Notes: generated by a model not told the origin, from the sequence alone. A stretch of 64,000 nucleotides of DNA from an uncultured Actinomycetota bacterium (GCA_963726755.1 CAVSDB010000001.1:1221668-1285667), one strand, 5' to 3'; shown: positions 1 through 10,521, counted from the first letter of the stretch. Numbers and translations are program-made.

Positions 1-220
1 CCAGTTCATGGACTAGCACCGATAGGCCAAGCAGGACCGCAAAGCAGGCGGCGACGGCGAACGCCCAGCCTTCGAGGTCCGGAATCTGACTCTCCACGAA
101 CGGCACGAAGACCCAAGAGATCAACAGCGCGCCGAGGAACCAGGTCCACGAAACCAGGACGGGTACGCCAAAGGGACGCCCGATCAGCAGTCCCCCGCCG
201 CTTTGGCTCTGCTGGCTCAT
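1..220 (-). CDS. M50 family (site-2 protease-like) metallopeptidase, N-terminal part; the gene runs off the left edge
   Basis: Not in the ORF track. The reverse complement of 1..220 reads MSQQSQSGGGLLIGRPFGVPVLVSWTWFLGALLISWVFVPF...LGLSVLVHEL. These are TM helices running into the start of an HExxH zinc motif. The ATG is the complement of 218..220. Confidence 0.55.
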   Translation of the reverse strand, partial: MSQQSQSGGGLLIGRPFGVPVLVSWTWFLGALLISWVFVPFVESQIPDLEGWAFAVAACFAVLLGLSVLVHEL

Positions 221-303
221 CGTTGTCTCATTCCTGGCACATCAGTTCACACACGCTCACCAGGATACCGACCGGTGTCAGGGCTGCGGCCTACGCTGAC
301 CGC

Positions 304-1212
304 ATGACAACGGACCAAGCGGCAGTGGATCCACGCGGAAACGAGCGCAAAGTGTCGTCCCTTGAGTCGTTGTCCCCGTCGCGCGCCAGCGACTTCATGA
401 CGTGTCCACTCCTGTATCGATTCCGAGTGGTCGATCGCATTCCTGAACCGCCTAGTGCGGCCGCCACGCGTGGCACCGTTGTCCACTTGGTGCTCGAGCG
501 GCTGTACGACCTACCCGCTGCGGAACGGACCTTGGCGAATGCCCAAGGTCTGCTGGATCCAGCGTGGCGGACCGTTGTAGCAGCGGACGAGCAACTTCAA
601 GAACTGTTGTCGTCCGAGGGTCCAGATGGTGAGGTTGCCCAATGGATGACTGGTTCCGACGATCTGTTGGCTTCCTACTTCACGCTTGAGGATCCAACCC
701 GACTTGAGCCAGCCGAGCGTGAATATGCTTTGTCGGTCGAGCTGGCTTCGGGATTGACGCTACGGGGGTACGTCGATCGGCTCGATGTGGCGCGCGACGG
801 CGCAATGCGGGTCGTTGACTACAAGACCGGTCGCTCCCCCGGGGACGGCTTCGAACACCGAGCGCTGTTCCAAATGCGCTTCTACGCACTGGCGCTATGG
901 CGCGATCGCGGCGAGGTTCCTCGAATGCTGCAACTCATCTACCTCGGAAACAACGAGATTGTGAGTTACGAACCCGACGTCGCCGACCTGCGCGCCACCG
1001 AACGCAAGGTTGAAGCATTGTGGGCCGCGATCCGTAGAGCGCACGAGCAAGGTGACTGGCGGGCCAAGAAGTCTCGACTGTGTGACTGGTGCAATCACAA
1101 GTCCCGTTGCCCCGAGTGGGGAGGCACCCCGCCGCCGTTGCCAGTGCGCGAAGCGCTGGACTCGCTGCCTGACGAGCGCCCCTCGGCCGAGGCCACGCCG
1201 GTGGATCTGTAG
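304..1212 (+). CDS. PD-(D/E)XK nuclease, RecB/Cas4-like with a 4-Cys cluster
   Basis: ORF 223..1212, with the likely start at ATG 304 (MTTDQ). Nuclease motifs are GYVDRLD ... VVDYKTG ... FQMRFYAL. One N-terminal Cys (MTCPLLYRF) plus C-terminal CDWCNHKSRC matches the Cas4/AddB-type Fe-S arrangement. Confidence 0.75.
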   Translation: MTTDQAAVDPRGNERKVSSLESLSPSRASDFMTCPLLYRFRVVDRIPEPPSAAATRGTVVHLVLERLYDLPAAERTLANAQGLLDPAWRTVVAADEQLQELLSSEGPDGEVAQWMTGSDDLLASYFTLEDPTRLEPAEREYALSVELASGLTLRGYVDRLDVARDGAMRVVDYKTGRSPGDGFEHRALFQMRFYALALWRDRGEVPRMLQLIYLGNNEIVSYEPDVADLRATERKVEALWAAIRRAHEQGDWRAKKSRLCDWCNHKSRCPEWGGTPPPLPVREALDSLPDERPSAEATPVDL

Positions 1213-1309
1213 TAGGGGTTAGTTCAGGGTTGAGGGCGGGTGGTCCCCGAGGTGCTGCTCCAACGCGGCCCCTAGGGTTGACGGTGCCAACAAACCGAAA
1301 GGACCCGCG

Positions 1310-2089
1310 GTGAGTACTCCCACGCAGGACGCTCCAGTCAGCCAGCAGAATGGCTGGGCGGCCAGAGCCGAATCCATGTCGAAGGTTTACGGCCAAGGTG
1401 ATACCGAAGTACGCGCTCTGGACGATGTGTCGGTGGCATTTCCCAGCGGCCGATTCACCGCGATCATGGGACCGAGCGGTTCTGGTAAATCGACGCTGAT
1501 GCATATTTGTGCCGGCCTGGATGCACCAAGTTCTGGTCGAACCTTCGTCGGAGATGTGGACCTAACGACGTTGAAGGACTCCGAACTAACGGTCCTTCGC
1601 CGTGAGGCAATCGGCTTCGTTTTCCAGTCGTTCAACCTGGTGCCGACCTTTAACGCACGAGAAAACATCACGCTGCCCATGGACATCGCTGGTCGTAAGC
1701 CAGACGAAGAGTGGCTCGACACGGTCATCGACGCCGTTGGTCTTCGGGATCGTTTGACGCACCGTCCTAACGAACTCTCCGGCGGCCAACAGCAACGCGT
1801 CGCCTGTGCCCGCGCACTCGCATCTCGCCCACAGGTGGTTTTCGCCGACGAACCCACCGGCAACCTGGACTCACGCTCGGGCGCCGAGGTGTTGGGCTTC
1901 CTGCGAAACTCGGTGGACCAGTTCGGGCAGACCATCGTGATGGTCACGCATGACCCGAAGGCGGCGTCGTACGCCGATGAAGTGATCTTCTTAGCTGACG
2001 GCCATGTCGTCGACACCATGCAAGACCCCACTGCCGAGCGAGTGTTCGACCGGTTGAAGGCGTTGGACAACCAAGATCCGGCGGCATAG
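1310..2089 (+). CDS. ABC transporter ATP-binding protein (MacB/LolD-like)
   Basis: Walker A GPSGSGKST, signature LSGGQQQR, Walker B VVFADEPT. A GTG start, followed 4 nt later by an FtsX-type permease. Confidence 0.9.
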   Translation: MSTPTQDAPVSQQNGWAARAESMSKVYGQGDTEVRALDDVSVAFPSGRFTAIMGPSGSGKSTLMHICAGLDAPSSGRTFVGDVDLTTLKDSELTVLRREAIGFVFQSFNLVPTFNARENITLPMDIAGRKPDEEWLDTVIDAVGLRDRLTHRPNELSGGQQQRVACARALASRPQVVFADEPTGNLDSRSGAEVLGFLRNSVDQFGQTIVMVTHDPKAASYADEVIFLADGHVVDTMQDPTAERVFDRLKALDNQDPAA

Positions 2090-2093
2090 TCCA

Positions 2094-4626
2094 ATGCTGC
2101 GTACCGCTTGGCGAAATCTTCGCGTCCACAAATTGCGGTTGGTGCTGTCGGGCTTGGCCATCGTCCTTGGCGTTGGCTTTGTCGCGGGCACCTTGATCTT
2201 CACCGACACCCTGAACAAGACCTTCACCGATCTGTTCACCCAAACCGTCACAGACGTGGTAGTCACGCCGGTTCAGAACATCGAAGGCGACGGCGCAGCC
2301 GGTGCCACTCTTACGTTGCCGGCCGACCTGCTGACTCAGGTCCAGGGAGTCGATGGCGTGGACCAGGCTGCGGGTCAGGTCTTCCTCGACGGCGTAGCGA
2401 TTGTCGACCCAACCGGTGAACCGATTGGCCAGTCCGGAGCGCCGCAGTTCGGCAGCAACTGGGAGAGCGATGAAAGGCTGACGCCTTACCGGCTTGAAGA
2501 GGGCGTTGGACCCACTGCGGCTGGCGAAGTCGCCATCGACTCCGTGTCAGCAGACAAAGCGGGATACCAGGTCGGTGACACGGTTTCGCTGATCACCCCC
2601 AAGGGGCAGATGGACGCCAAGCTCACCGGGATCTTCCGTTATGGCACTTCGGGCAACCTTGCTGGCGCCACCATCACTGCGTTCGATACCTCGACCGCAC
2701 AAGAGGTTTTGCTCCGTGGCAAGGATGCCTACACCGAGATCGACGCAATCGCCGCCGACGGTGTGAGTCAAAGTGTCCTGGCCGATCGGGTTCGAAGTGT
2801 CGTTGGTGACGGGGTCAAGGTCCAGACGGGCCAGGAAGCCGCCGACCAGCAAGCGGCGGACATCACGTCCGCGTTGTCCTTCATCAATATCTTGCTGCTC
2901 GTTTTCGCCGGCATCGCGTTGTTCGTCGGGATCTTCACCATCATCAACACCTTCTCGATGCTGGTGGCGCAGCGGGCACGAGAACTCGCGCTACTTCGAG
3001 CCCTGGGAGCCACCCGACGCCAAGTGCGGATGTCAGTTCTCATCGAAGCTTTCTTCGTCGGAATGCTGGGGTCGGCGTTGGGCATCGTGGTCGGTGTCGG
3101 GAGTCGCCTATGCCTTGCAGGCACTGTTTAAGGCCATCGGTGCAGAGATCCCAACAAACGGCTTGGTATTGCTGCCGCGCACGGTAATCGTGGGAATGGT
3201 CGTGGGCGTGCTCGTCACCCTTCTCGCCGCGCTCTTTCCGGCGTACCGGGCCTCTCGCATCCCGCCGATGGCAGCCCTGCGTGAGGATGTCGCGCTGCCA
3301 CGACGTGGCCTGCGGGTGCGGGCCATCGTCGGGGCGGTCATGGTCCTGCTCGGAGTCGTTGCGATGTTCGCGGGAGCCTCTTCTGGCGGCGGCTCCGGCG
3401 CGAGCCTGGTGGGTCTTGGAACGCTCGTCACACTCGTCGGAGCCATCGTGCTGAGTCCAGCGATCGCTGGTCCGGTGGTTCGAGTGATCGGGTTCTTCTA
3501 CCCGCGGCTGTTTGGGACCGTTGGCCGATTGGCGTTGGAGAATGCCCAACGTCAGCCTCGACGAACCGCAGCGACCGCATCTGCGTTGATGATTGGTCTC
3601 GCACTAGTTAGCGCGCTCACAGTCTTTGCTACCTCCACCAAGACCTCGGTGAACGAAGCGATCGACCGGGTCGTTGGCGCCGAGTTCTTGATCCAGAACC
3701 AGGTTCAACGCCCCTTCCCTGCCTCGGTTGCCCAGAGCGTTCGCGGGACCGCTGGTGTGGCGTCCGTCTCGCCCGTCAAGTTCGTGCCAGCAGAGGTCAA
3801 CGGAACTGGCACTGTCCTGACCGGAGTCGATCCAGCCACAGCGGGCGAGGCGGTGAAGCTGCAGTTCGAGCAGGGGTCATTAGCTGACCTAACGTCGACC
3901 AACATCGTCACCGACTCAACTACGGCGAGCGACCTTGGGCTGTCAGTCGGAGACTCGGTGGAACTCGCGCTACCTACCGGAACCGTCACCGTGACACTGG
4001 CGGGAACGTATGCGCCTGAGGGCGGAATCAGCGGGTGGGTCGTCAGCAACCAGGCGTTGGCTGATGCGGGCTTGGACGTGGGTGATTCAGTTCTCTACGT
4101 CACCGCAGACCAAGGGGCAGACCTAACGACTGTCCACGCCGCAATCGACGACGCGGTGTCGGCGTACCCCACGGTTCAGGTGCAGAGCCAGGCCGAGTTC
4201 AAGGAGCAGATCACCAGCAGTGTGAATCAACTCCTACTCGTCATGATCATGCTGCTGAGTTTGGCCATTTTGATCGCCGTCCTCGGGATCGTGAACACCC
4301 TGGTGTTGTCAGTGATCGAGCGCACGCGCGAGATCGGCATGCTCCGCGCAATCGGAGCGCTGCGTAAGCAAATCCGACGGCTGGTTGTTCTTGAAGCCTT
4401 GGTGATATCGGTCTATGGCGCGGTCATTGGCCTGGTCCTCGGGTTGTCGTTTGCGGTCGCGCTGCAGCGCACGCTGGTGGACCAAGGCATCGAGGTTCTG
4501 GACATTCCGTGGATCTGGATGATCGTCTTTTTGGTCATCGCCGGCGTTGTCGGTGTGCTTGCCGCCCTCTGGCCAGCGTTCCGAGCTGGTCGGCTCGACG
4601 TTTTGCAAGCGGTCACCAGCGAATAG
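2094..4626 (+). pseudogene. ABC transporter permease with two FtsX domains, frame-disrupted near 3099-3103
   Basis: ORF 2094..3131 ends ...LGSALGIVVGVGSRLCLAGTV*. ORF 2773..4626, in the +1 frame, continues (S)GVAYALQALFKAIGAEIP...AALFPAYRASRIPP inside the same FtsX domain. Dropping one base of ggtgtcGGGagtc restores GVGVAYAL. A second FtsX domain lies at the C-terminus (LLLVMIMLLSLAILIA...ERTREIGMLRAIG). Confidence 0.85.
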
Positions 4627-4631
4627 CTAGG

Positions 4632-5291
4632 TCACTTGTTGGGCGGCAGCTCGCGCAACCACTCGACCGTCACTTCGGTCAGCGACGACACAACGGTCCG
4701 ATTCGGGCCGTCGGGAATGGCGGCCACGCTCGGTACCGCGACCACTTGGCAGCCGGCCGCTTCAGCCGCCTCGATCCCGGGTGGTGAATCTTCCAGCACC
4801 ACCGTTCGGGCTGGCGAGGCGTCGATCGCATGCATCGCGGTGACGTACGGCATCGGATCTGGCTTGAGTCGGTCCACATCATCAGCAGTCACGCTGACGT
4901 GGAACAGCTGCTCAGGCAGGTGTTGCAACACCACCTCGACGTGACGTCGAGTCGACGACGTCACTAGACCAAACGTCAGGTCGGTGGTAGCGATCGACGT
5001 AAGTAGGTCCATGGCACCGGGTCGAAAGGAAATGGACTTTTGAAGCTGCTCGGTCATGTTTTGCTCGAGCAGCCTCATGACGTCGGCGTGACTGCGTTGG
5101 CTGTTGGTCCACCGAATCATGTACGCGGCCGCAACTTCGAGATTGGTGCCCAACAGGTCCAGTTGTTGTTGCTTGCCCCAGTCACCACCCAACTCAGCCA
5201 CCGTGGCGGTCTCGGCGGCGAACCACTGCGGCTCCGAATCGATCAGGAGCCCATCCATGTCGAAGAGAACAGCTTGCAGCCCTTTGCTCAT
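4632..5291 (-). CDS. HAD-superfamily hydrolase (beta-phosphoglucomutase-like subfamily)
   Basis: Motif I is AVLFDMDGLLIDSE and motif IV-like is VLEDSPPGIEAA. The likely start is MSKGLQ (ATG 5291) inside ORF 4632..5345. Confidence 0.8.
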   Translation of the reverse strand: MSKGLQAVLFDMDGLLIDSEPQWFAAETATVAELGGDWGKQQQLDLLGTNLEVAAAYMIRWTNSQRSHADVMRLLEQNMTEQLQKSISFRPGAMDLLTSIATTDLTFGLVTSSTRRHVEVVLQHLPEQLFHVSVTADDVDRLKPDPMPYVTAMHAIDASPARTVVLEDSPPGIEAAEAAGCQVVAVPSVAAIPDGPNRTVVSSLTEVTVEWLRELPPNK

Positions 5292-5421
5292 GGTCCAGCC
5301 AGCGTATCGAGCGGCTCGACTCACTTGGTGAGCCGTCCGAGGCACCGACGGTCAAGGCCGTACCCTGGCAACCGAAGGACTCACGACGGTTCAAAGCTGT
5401 CGTGACCGAGCAGATCGGGAG

Positions 5422-6306
5422 TTGCGCATGATCGAGCGGGACGGCCTGCCCTCGCTGAATCAGCCGACCCTGATTGCCGCGTTCGAGGGCTGGAACGACG
5501 CTGCCGAGAGCGCGACGGGCGTCATCGACCACCTGCTCGAGGCCTACGGCGGCACAGTCTTCGCTGACGTCGATCCAGAGGACTACTACGACTTCCAGGT
5601 AAACCGGCCGTTGGTTTCCGTGGGAGAGCACGGCGTACGCACCATCCGTTGGCCCGGCACCGAGGCAATCGCGTCCGGCATTCCGGACGGGCCGGATCTG
5701 GTCTTGGTCCGCGGGATCGAGCCAAGCATGCGTTGGCGGACGTTCATCAGCGAGATCGTTGGACTGGCTTTCGAACTCGACGTCGACCGTGTCGTCACGC
5801 TCGGCGCGCTGCTGGCTGACACACCGCACACCCGTCCGGTGCCCATCACCACCGTGATGAGCAACCCGACGATCGCTCAGCGCATGGGACTCGATTTGGC
5901 CCGCTACGAGGGGCCCACCGGGATCGTTGGTGCGTTGACCGAGGGGTTCACCCGGGCAGGCATTGAGACCTTGTCGTTCTGGGCTGCCGTCCCCCACTAC
6001 GTGGCTCAGTCGCCCTGCCCCAAGGCCACGCTCGCATTACTCGGCTGCGTCGAGGAGGCGCTGCAACTGTCTATCCCCCACGGCGACCTTGAAGACGAGT
6101 CCAAAGCGTGGGAGCGAGGCGTCGACGAACTAGCTCACGATGACGAAGAGGTCGCTGAGTACGTTCGGTCATTAGAGGAAGCACGCGACACTGCCGACCT
6201 CCCAGAAGCCAGTGGCGACGCGATCGCGAAGGAGTTTGAGCGCTACTTACGCCGTCGCCGCGAAGACCCACCCGCAACCTGCCTATCCGCTCGAAGAATT
6301 TGGTGA
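5422..6306 (+). CDS. PAC2 (proteasome assembly chaperone 2-like) family protein
   Basis: The N-terminus PTLIAAFEGWNDAAESATGVIDHL is the signature start of actinobacterial PAC2 proteins. The acidic C-terminal tail ends in ...YLRRRRED. Confidence 0.8.
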   Translation: MRMIERDGLPSLNQPTLIAAFEGWNDAAESATGVIDHLLEAYGGTVFADVDPEDYYDFQVNRPLVSVGEHGVRTIRWPGTEAIASGIPDGPDLVLVRGIEPSMRWRTFISEIVGLAFELDVDRVVTLGALLADTPHTRPVPITTVMSNPTIAQRMGLDLARYEGPTGIVGALTEGFTRAGIETLSFWAAVPHYVAQSPCPKATLALLGCVEEALQLSIPHGDLEDESKAWERGVDELAHDDEEVAEYVRSLEEARDTADLPEASGDAIAKEFERYLRRRREDPPATCLSARRIW

Positions 6307-6318
6307 GTTGGGCGCGAC

Positions 6319-7554
6319 CTAGTCGACGACGAGGCGTACGCCCAGCAGGGCGTCGGCCAAATCAGCTATCAACGCCGGTGCCTTTCGATCATCCCCGTGA
6401 CCCTCAGCCGCCTGCTCAGCCCACTTATCGATGGCGCGTACGGCACGGGGCGCGTCGACGTCTTCCGCCAGTGCGGCTCGAACCTCTGCCAGCACCGGCT
6501 GCGCATCTGGCCCCCGATCGCTGGTGGCTGCCATCCGCCACAGATGCAGCCGCTCTTCGGCGTCCGTCAGGTCGGCGTCCTGCCAATCCCAGTCAGACCG
6601 ATAATGATGAGCGAGGAGAGCGAGGCGGATCGCCATCGGATCGTGGCCGTCGTCGCGCAACCGCGAGACGAACACCAAGTTCCCTTTCGACTTTGACATC
6701 TTGCTGCCGTTCAGGCCGACCATCCCCGAATGCACATACGCCTGGGCGAACTCAGCGCCACCGGCGAGGGCGTGTGCGTGCGAGGCCCCCATCTCGTGGT
6801 GGGGGAACGCTAAGTCGCTGCCACCGCCTTGGATGTCGAAAGCGAGGCCGAGGTGTTCGCGGGCGATAGCGACACATTCGATGTGCCAGCCAGGACGACC
6901 GTGTCCAAGGTCGGTGTCCCACGCCGGTTCCCCCGGGCGCTCGGCTTGCCACAGGAGCGGGTCGAGTGGGTCTTTCTTGCCCTCGCGCTGCGGATCGCCC
7001 CCTCGCTCGGTGGCCAGGTTGAGCATGGTTGCACGGTCCAGATGGGCGACTCGACCAAACTCGGCATCGCTCGCCACCGAGAAGTAGATGTCATCTCCGA
7101 CGGTGTAGGCAGAACCCCCATCAACCAGTTGTTGAACCAAAGAGGCCACCTGTGGGATGGACTCGACAGCACCGATGAACTCCGCTGGCGCTAGGACGCG
7201 CAGCGCCTTCATGTCCTCGCGAAACAGTGCGGTCTCTGCCATCGCGAGTTCATTCCAGTCCTGCCCGGTCGCAACAGCTCGTTCAAGCAGCGGATCGTCG
7301 ATGTCCGTCACGTTTTGGACGTAGGTCACACGCTGACCAGCGTCGAGCCAGACGCGTTGGATCAAATCGAAAGCGACATAGGTAGCTGCGTGCCCAAGAT
7401 GCGTGGCGTCGTACGGAGTAATGCCGCAGACGTAAAGCCGAGCATGTTCACCTGGATTCGTCTCGACCACTTTGCCCGCCGACGTGTCGAACACCCGCAG
7501 CTGCTGCCCGCTCCCGGGCAACTCCGGCACGTCAGGCGATGACCAAGATTCCAC
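6319..7554 (-). CDS. mshC: L-cysteine:1D-myo-inositol 2-amino-2-deoxy-alpha-D-glucopyranoside ligase (mycothiol biosynthesis)
   Basis: 411 aa with a CysRS-like fold. HIGH motif is THLGHAATY and KMSKS motif is KMSKSKGN. The N-terminus [23 protein letters not shown] is typical of MshC, and there is no anticodon-binding extension. Confidence 0.9.
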   Translation of the reverse strand: MESWSSPDVPELPGSGQQLRVFDTSAGKVVETNPGEHARLYVCGITPYDATHLGHAATYVAFDLIQRVWLDAGQRVTYVQNVTDIDDPLLERAVATGQDWNELAMAETALFREDMKALRVLAPAEFIGAVESIPQVASLVQQLVDGGSAYTVGDDIYFSVASDAEFGRVAHLDRATMLNLATERGGDPQREGKKDPLDPLLWQAERPGEPAWDTDLGHGRPGWHIECVAIAREHLGLAFDIQGGGSDLAFPHHEMGASHAHALAGGAEFAQAYVHSGMVGLNGSKMSKSKGNLVFVSRLRDDGHDPMAIRLALLAHHYRSDWDWQDADLTDAEERLHLWRMAATSDRGPDAQPVLAEVRAALAEDVDAPRAVRAIDKWAEQAAEGHGDDRKAPALIADLADALLGVRLVVD

Positions 7555-7578
7555 GAGCCGAGAGCCTAGTGCGCGTGC

Positions 7579-8331
7579 CTAGAACGGGGGCCACGGGAGG
7601 GCGGGCCAATCCTCCGACGGTTCTGGGTGTCTGCGTGTCCTTAGCAACGTGTCGATTCGGGAAATCGTTGCGTCTACTTCATCGCCGGCCAAGTACTCCA
7701 TAAGTTCGTCGCGGCGTTCCGGCTCTCGCAGGCACACCGACAGGTTCTGTAACGACGTCAGCAGGTCCTTGGGGATGCGCTCGCCCATCCACTGCCACAG
7801 CAACGTCCGCAACTTTCCCTCGGTAGAGAAAGTCACACCGTGGTCGATGCCGTAGATCCGACCACTTGGCGTCGGCAGTAGGTGCCCACCCTTGCGGTCG
7901 GCATTGTTGATGACGACGTCGAAGACCGACATCTGGCGAAGGCTCTTTCGGTTGCTGCGTACCAACTCGACCAGGTCCACAGTCTCGTCGACATCCACCC
8001 AGTGCTGAACCATGCCCGGACCGTACGGTCCATCGCGCCACACCGTTGGCGGCACGATCCCCCACCCCAGCCATTCCGAGATCAAGTACGCCGCTAACTC
8101 GCGTTGCGACAGCGTCCCGGTCGGAAAGTCCCAGAGCGGGCGTTCGCCGATTCGCGGCTTGTAGATGCAAGCCGACGTCTCGTCCTGCCAAGTAACCGTG
8201 CAGTAAAGCGAGGCATTGGAGGCATCGAGTAGTCGACCGCGGACCTCTAGGCTGCCGTGAGTCAGCCGTTCCAAGACGTCGTGCGGAGCCGGACCACCGG
8301 ATTGTTCGACCTGTGCGTCGGAAGCTTCCAT
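7579..8331 (-). CDS. SCO1664-family protein (PI3/PI4-kinase-like fold)
   Basis: ORF 7579..8406. The ATG at 8331 overlaps the upstream stop as ATGA. Kinase-like motifs are NNADRKGGHLL and IDHGVTF. Confidence 0.75.
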   Translation of the reverse strand: MEASDAQVEQSGGPAPHDVLERLTHGSLEVRGRLLDASNASLYCTVTWQDETSACIYKPRIGERPLWDFPTGTLSQRELAAYLISEWLGWGIVPPTVWRDGPYGPGMVQHWVDVDETVDLVELVRSNRKSLRQMSVFDVVINNADRKGGHLLPTPSGRIYGIDHGVTFSTEGKLRTLLWQWMGERIPKDLLTSLQNLSVCLREPERRDELMEYLAGDEVDATISRIDTLLRTRRHPEPSEDWPALPWPPF

Positions 8332-8891
8332 CAGCGACGCCGGTAACCGTTCTGCCTGGGGCAGATGTGACCCTCCGGATCGAGCGGTAACGCGCAGAAC
8401 GGGCACGGCGGACGTCCGGCGGCCAGGATCGATTCGGCACGCGCGACGAAGGCTCGCGCTGCACCAGGGGTAACGGTGACTCGGAAGGTGTCCATGGGGG
8501 CCGGAGTCTCAACTGTCGGCTCGTCGTCATCCTCGTCGGCTTCCGGATCCGCTGAGTGAGCTTCGATCACGATCCGATGCGCCTCGTCGTCCCACATCAA
8601 ACTGAGCGCCACCGCTCGGAACTCGTCGTCGATCGGGGTCTCCAATGGCCGGTCGTCCACTTGCGCCGCGGGCACGACAGCGGGAATTGGTAGTGCACCG
8701 CTGCTTTCTCGCAGCAACGTGTCGAGCATCGCGTCGAGGCGCTCAGCCAGAATCGCCACCTGAGTCTTCTCGAGCGAAACGCTTGTGGTGTTTGCGCCAT
8801 GGTGCGCCTGCAGGAAGAAGGTGCGCTGCCCCGGCTCCCCCACGGTGCCGACCACGAATCGGGTGGGCTCGACGTACTCGAAGACACTCAC
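8331..8891 (-). CDS. DUF3090-family protein
   Basis: The N-terminus is MSVFEYVEPTRFVVGTVGEPGQRTFFLQA and the C-terminal Cys cluster is CPFCALPLDPEGHICPRQNGY. It is translationally coupled to both neighbours. Confidence 0.75.
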   Translation of the reverse strand: MSVFEYVEPTRFVVGTVGEPGQRTFFLQAHHGANTTSVSLEKTQVAILAERLDAMLDTLLRESSGALPIPAVVPAAQVDDRPLETPIDDEFRAVALSLMWDDEAHRIVIEAHSADPEADEDDDEPTVETPAPMDTFRVTVTPGAARAFVARAESILAAGRPPCPFCALPLDPEGHICPRQNGYRRR

Positions 8892-9586
8892 GCTCCTGCG
8901 CCTCCCCCGACGACAGCGTCATCGGCATTCTTCTTCGAACGCCTTCGTTTCTTCGGCTTCAACCCGGCCACCTCGCCTCCGGTGTCGTTGATGCGCTCAA
9001 CGAACGGCCGGGTAGCGCCGTATTGCACCACGCTCAGGGACGCAGGATTGACGACGATCCGTTGAAACTGATCGAGATGCTGGCCAAGGGCGTCCGCCAG
9101 AATCGCCTTGATGACGTCACCGTGAGAGACAGCCAGATAGACCGCGTCGTCGCCCAGTTCGGCATTCCACTCGCGGATCGCGGCGACGGCACGGGCTTGC
9201 ATCGCGGCCATCGACTCCCCCGACTCGCCAGGGAACACCACTCCACTCGGGTGCGCCTGCACTGTCTTCCAGAGCGGGAGTTTGGCCAGGGACTTCAGGG
9301 GCTGCCCAGTCCAGTCGCCGTAGTGAACCTCACCGATCCGAGCGTCTAGGTGTAGCGGGGTTCCGTCCCGTGAATGAGCCAACGCCTTGGCAGTCTGCTG
9401 ACAGCGCTCCAGCGGGCTGGTGACAATGGCCGAGACGGGAAGATCGCTCAACCGGGACGCGAGTGTCTCGACCTGATCACGTCCGTGGTCGTCCAGGTCA
9501 ACTCCGTCGGACCAGCCCGCGAGCACGCCGCTGGCGTTGGCGGCGGTCCGGCCGTGGCGGACGAGGAGAACAGTTGTCACCTCCAC
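8888..9586 (-). CDS. Histidine phosphatase family protein (MSMEG_4193-type putative phosphomutase)
   Basis: RHG motif LLVRHGRTAANA and a second catalytic His in VSHGDVIK. A 4-nt overlap with the downstream DUF3090 gene. Confidence 0.8.
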   Translation of the reverse strand: MEVTTVLLVRHGRTAANASGVLAGWSDGVDLDDHGRDQVETLASRLSDLPVSAIVTSPLERCQQTAKALAHSRDGTPLHLDARIGEVHYGDWTGQPLKSLAKLPLWKTVQAHPSGVVFPGESGESMAAMQARAVAAIREWNAELGDDAVYLAVSHGDVIKAILADALGQHLDQFQRIVVNPASLSVVQYGATRPFVERINDTGGEVAGLKPKKRRRSKKNADDAVVGGGAGA

Positions 9587-9618
9587 ACCCTAAGTGGCGC
9601 GGTGATTGGGGCAACTCC

Positions 9619-10452
9619 TCAGCCGATAGTGACGTGCGAGTCCAGGACGCCTGCTGCCAGGAGAGCCAGCACGAGCAGGCCAAGACAGATCCGGTAGATG
9701 ACGAATGGCATGTATGACCGGGTCTTGATGTAGCGGAGCAGCCAACCGATGACCAGGTAGCCCACGATAAAGGCGACGATCGTGGCAGCGATCGTTTTGG
9801 GCATCCCAGGCTCGGCGTTTGCACTGATGTCTGGAAGTTGGAAGATGCCGGACGCGACTACCGCAGGGATCGCGAGGAGGAACGCGTACCGGGTAGCCGC
9901 TTCGCGCGTATAACCCAGGAAGAGGCCGACGCTGATCGTCGCGCCTGACCGTGAGACCCCAGGAACCAACGCCAGCATCTGTGCCAGGCCGTAGTAGATG
10001 GCGTCCCGGAGCCGAAGCCGCTCGATCGGGATGACGTTGCGCGCCACGCGATCTGCAATGCCGAGGATGACGCCGAACAGGACCAGGTTCACGCCGATCA
10101 ACCAGAGGTTGCGGAAAGACGTTTGGATGGTGTGCTCGAGCAGCACGCCGGCGATCGCGATCGGAATCGTGCCGACGATGATGTACCAACCCATGCGCGC
10201 GTCGAGCTTCCCCCGGTACTCCGGTCGGAACAGACTCTTGAGCCAGGTGGTGGCGATCCGCCAGATGTCGCGCCGGAAGAACCAGATGACCGCAAGTTCG
10301 GTGCCGATCTGCGTCACTGCCGTGAACGATGCTCCCGGGTCGGACATACCGAAGAGTTGAGGGAAGATCGCCAGGTGCGCGCTGCTCGAAACCGGTAGGA
10401 ACTCCGTCAGCCCCTGCAACACTCCCAGCAGGATCGCTTCCAGCCAACTCAC
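9619..10452 (-). CDS. uppP: Undecaprenyl-diphosphate phosphatase
   Basis: BacA motifs are GVLQGLTEFLPVSSSAHL and PGVSRSGATI, with a polytopic membrane profile. The likely GTG start at 10452 (VSWLEAILLG) lies inside ORF 9619..10611. Confidence 0.85.
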   Translation of the reverse strand: MSWLEAILLGVLQGLTEFLPVSSSAHLAIFPQLFGMSDPGASFTAVTQIGTELAVIWFFRRDIWRIATTWLKSLFRPEYRGKLDARMGWYIIVGTIPIAIAGVLLEHTIQTSFRNLWLIGVNLVLFGVILGIADRVARNVIPIERLRLRDAIYYGLAQMLALVPGVSRSGATISVGLFLGYTREAATRYAFLLAIPAVVASGIFQLPDISANAEPGMPKTIAATIVAFIVGYLVIGWLLRYIKTRSYMPFVIYRICLGLLVLALLAAGVLDSHVTIG

Positions 10453-10521
10453 TGCGCTTGTCCCGCCCCAGCCGTCATGGCGTCGGACTCTATCCGCTTG
10501 CCATGGGTACTCTCGGCACCC

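Noticed and set aside
935-1504. Long ORFs antisense to, or out of frame with, recognised genes. Examples are 935..1504, 5194..5997, 7679..8530, 9590..10447, 22047..22721, 22937..23956, 24072..24926, 25023..25772, 41690..42406 (upstream part), 42103..42966, 42531..43346, 54113..55076 and the 56775..57512 extension.
   Set aside because: These are Arg/Pro/Gly/Ser-rich low-complexity translations with no motifs. Each fully overlaps a gene with clear family signatures. They are typical shadow ORFs of high-GC DNA.
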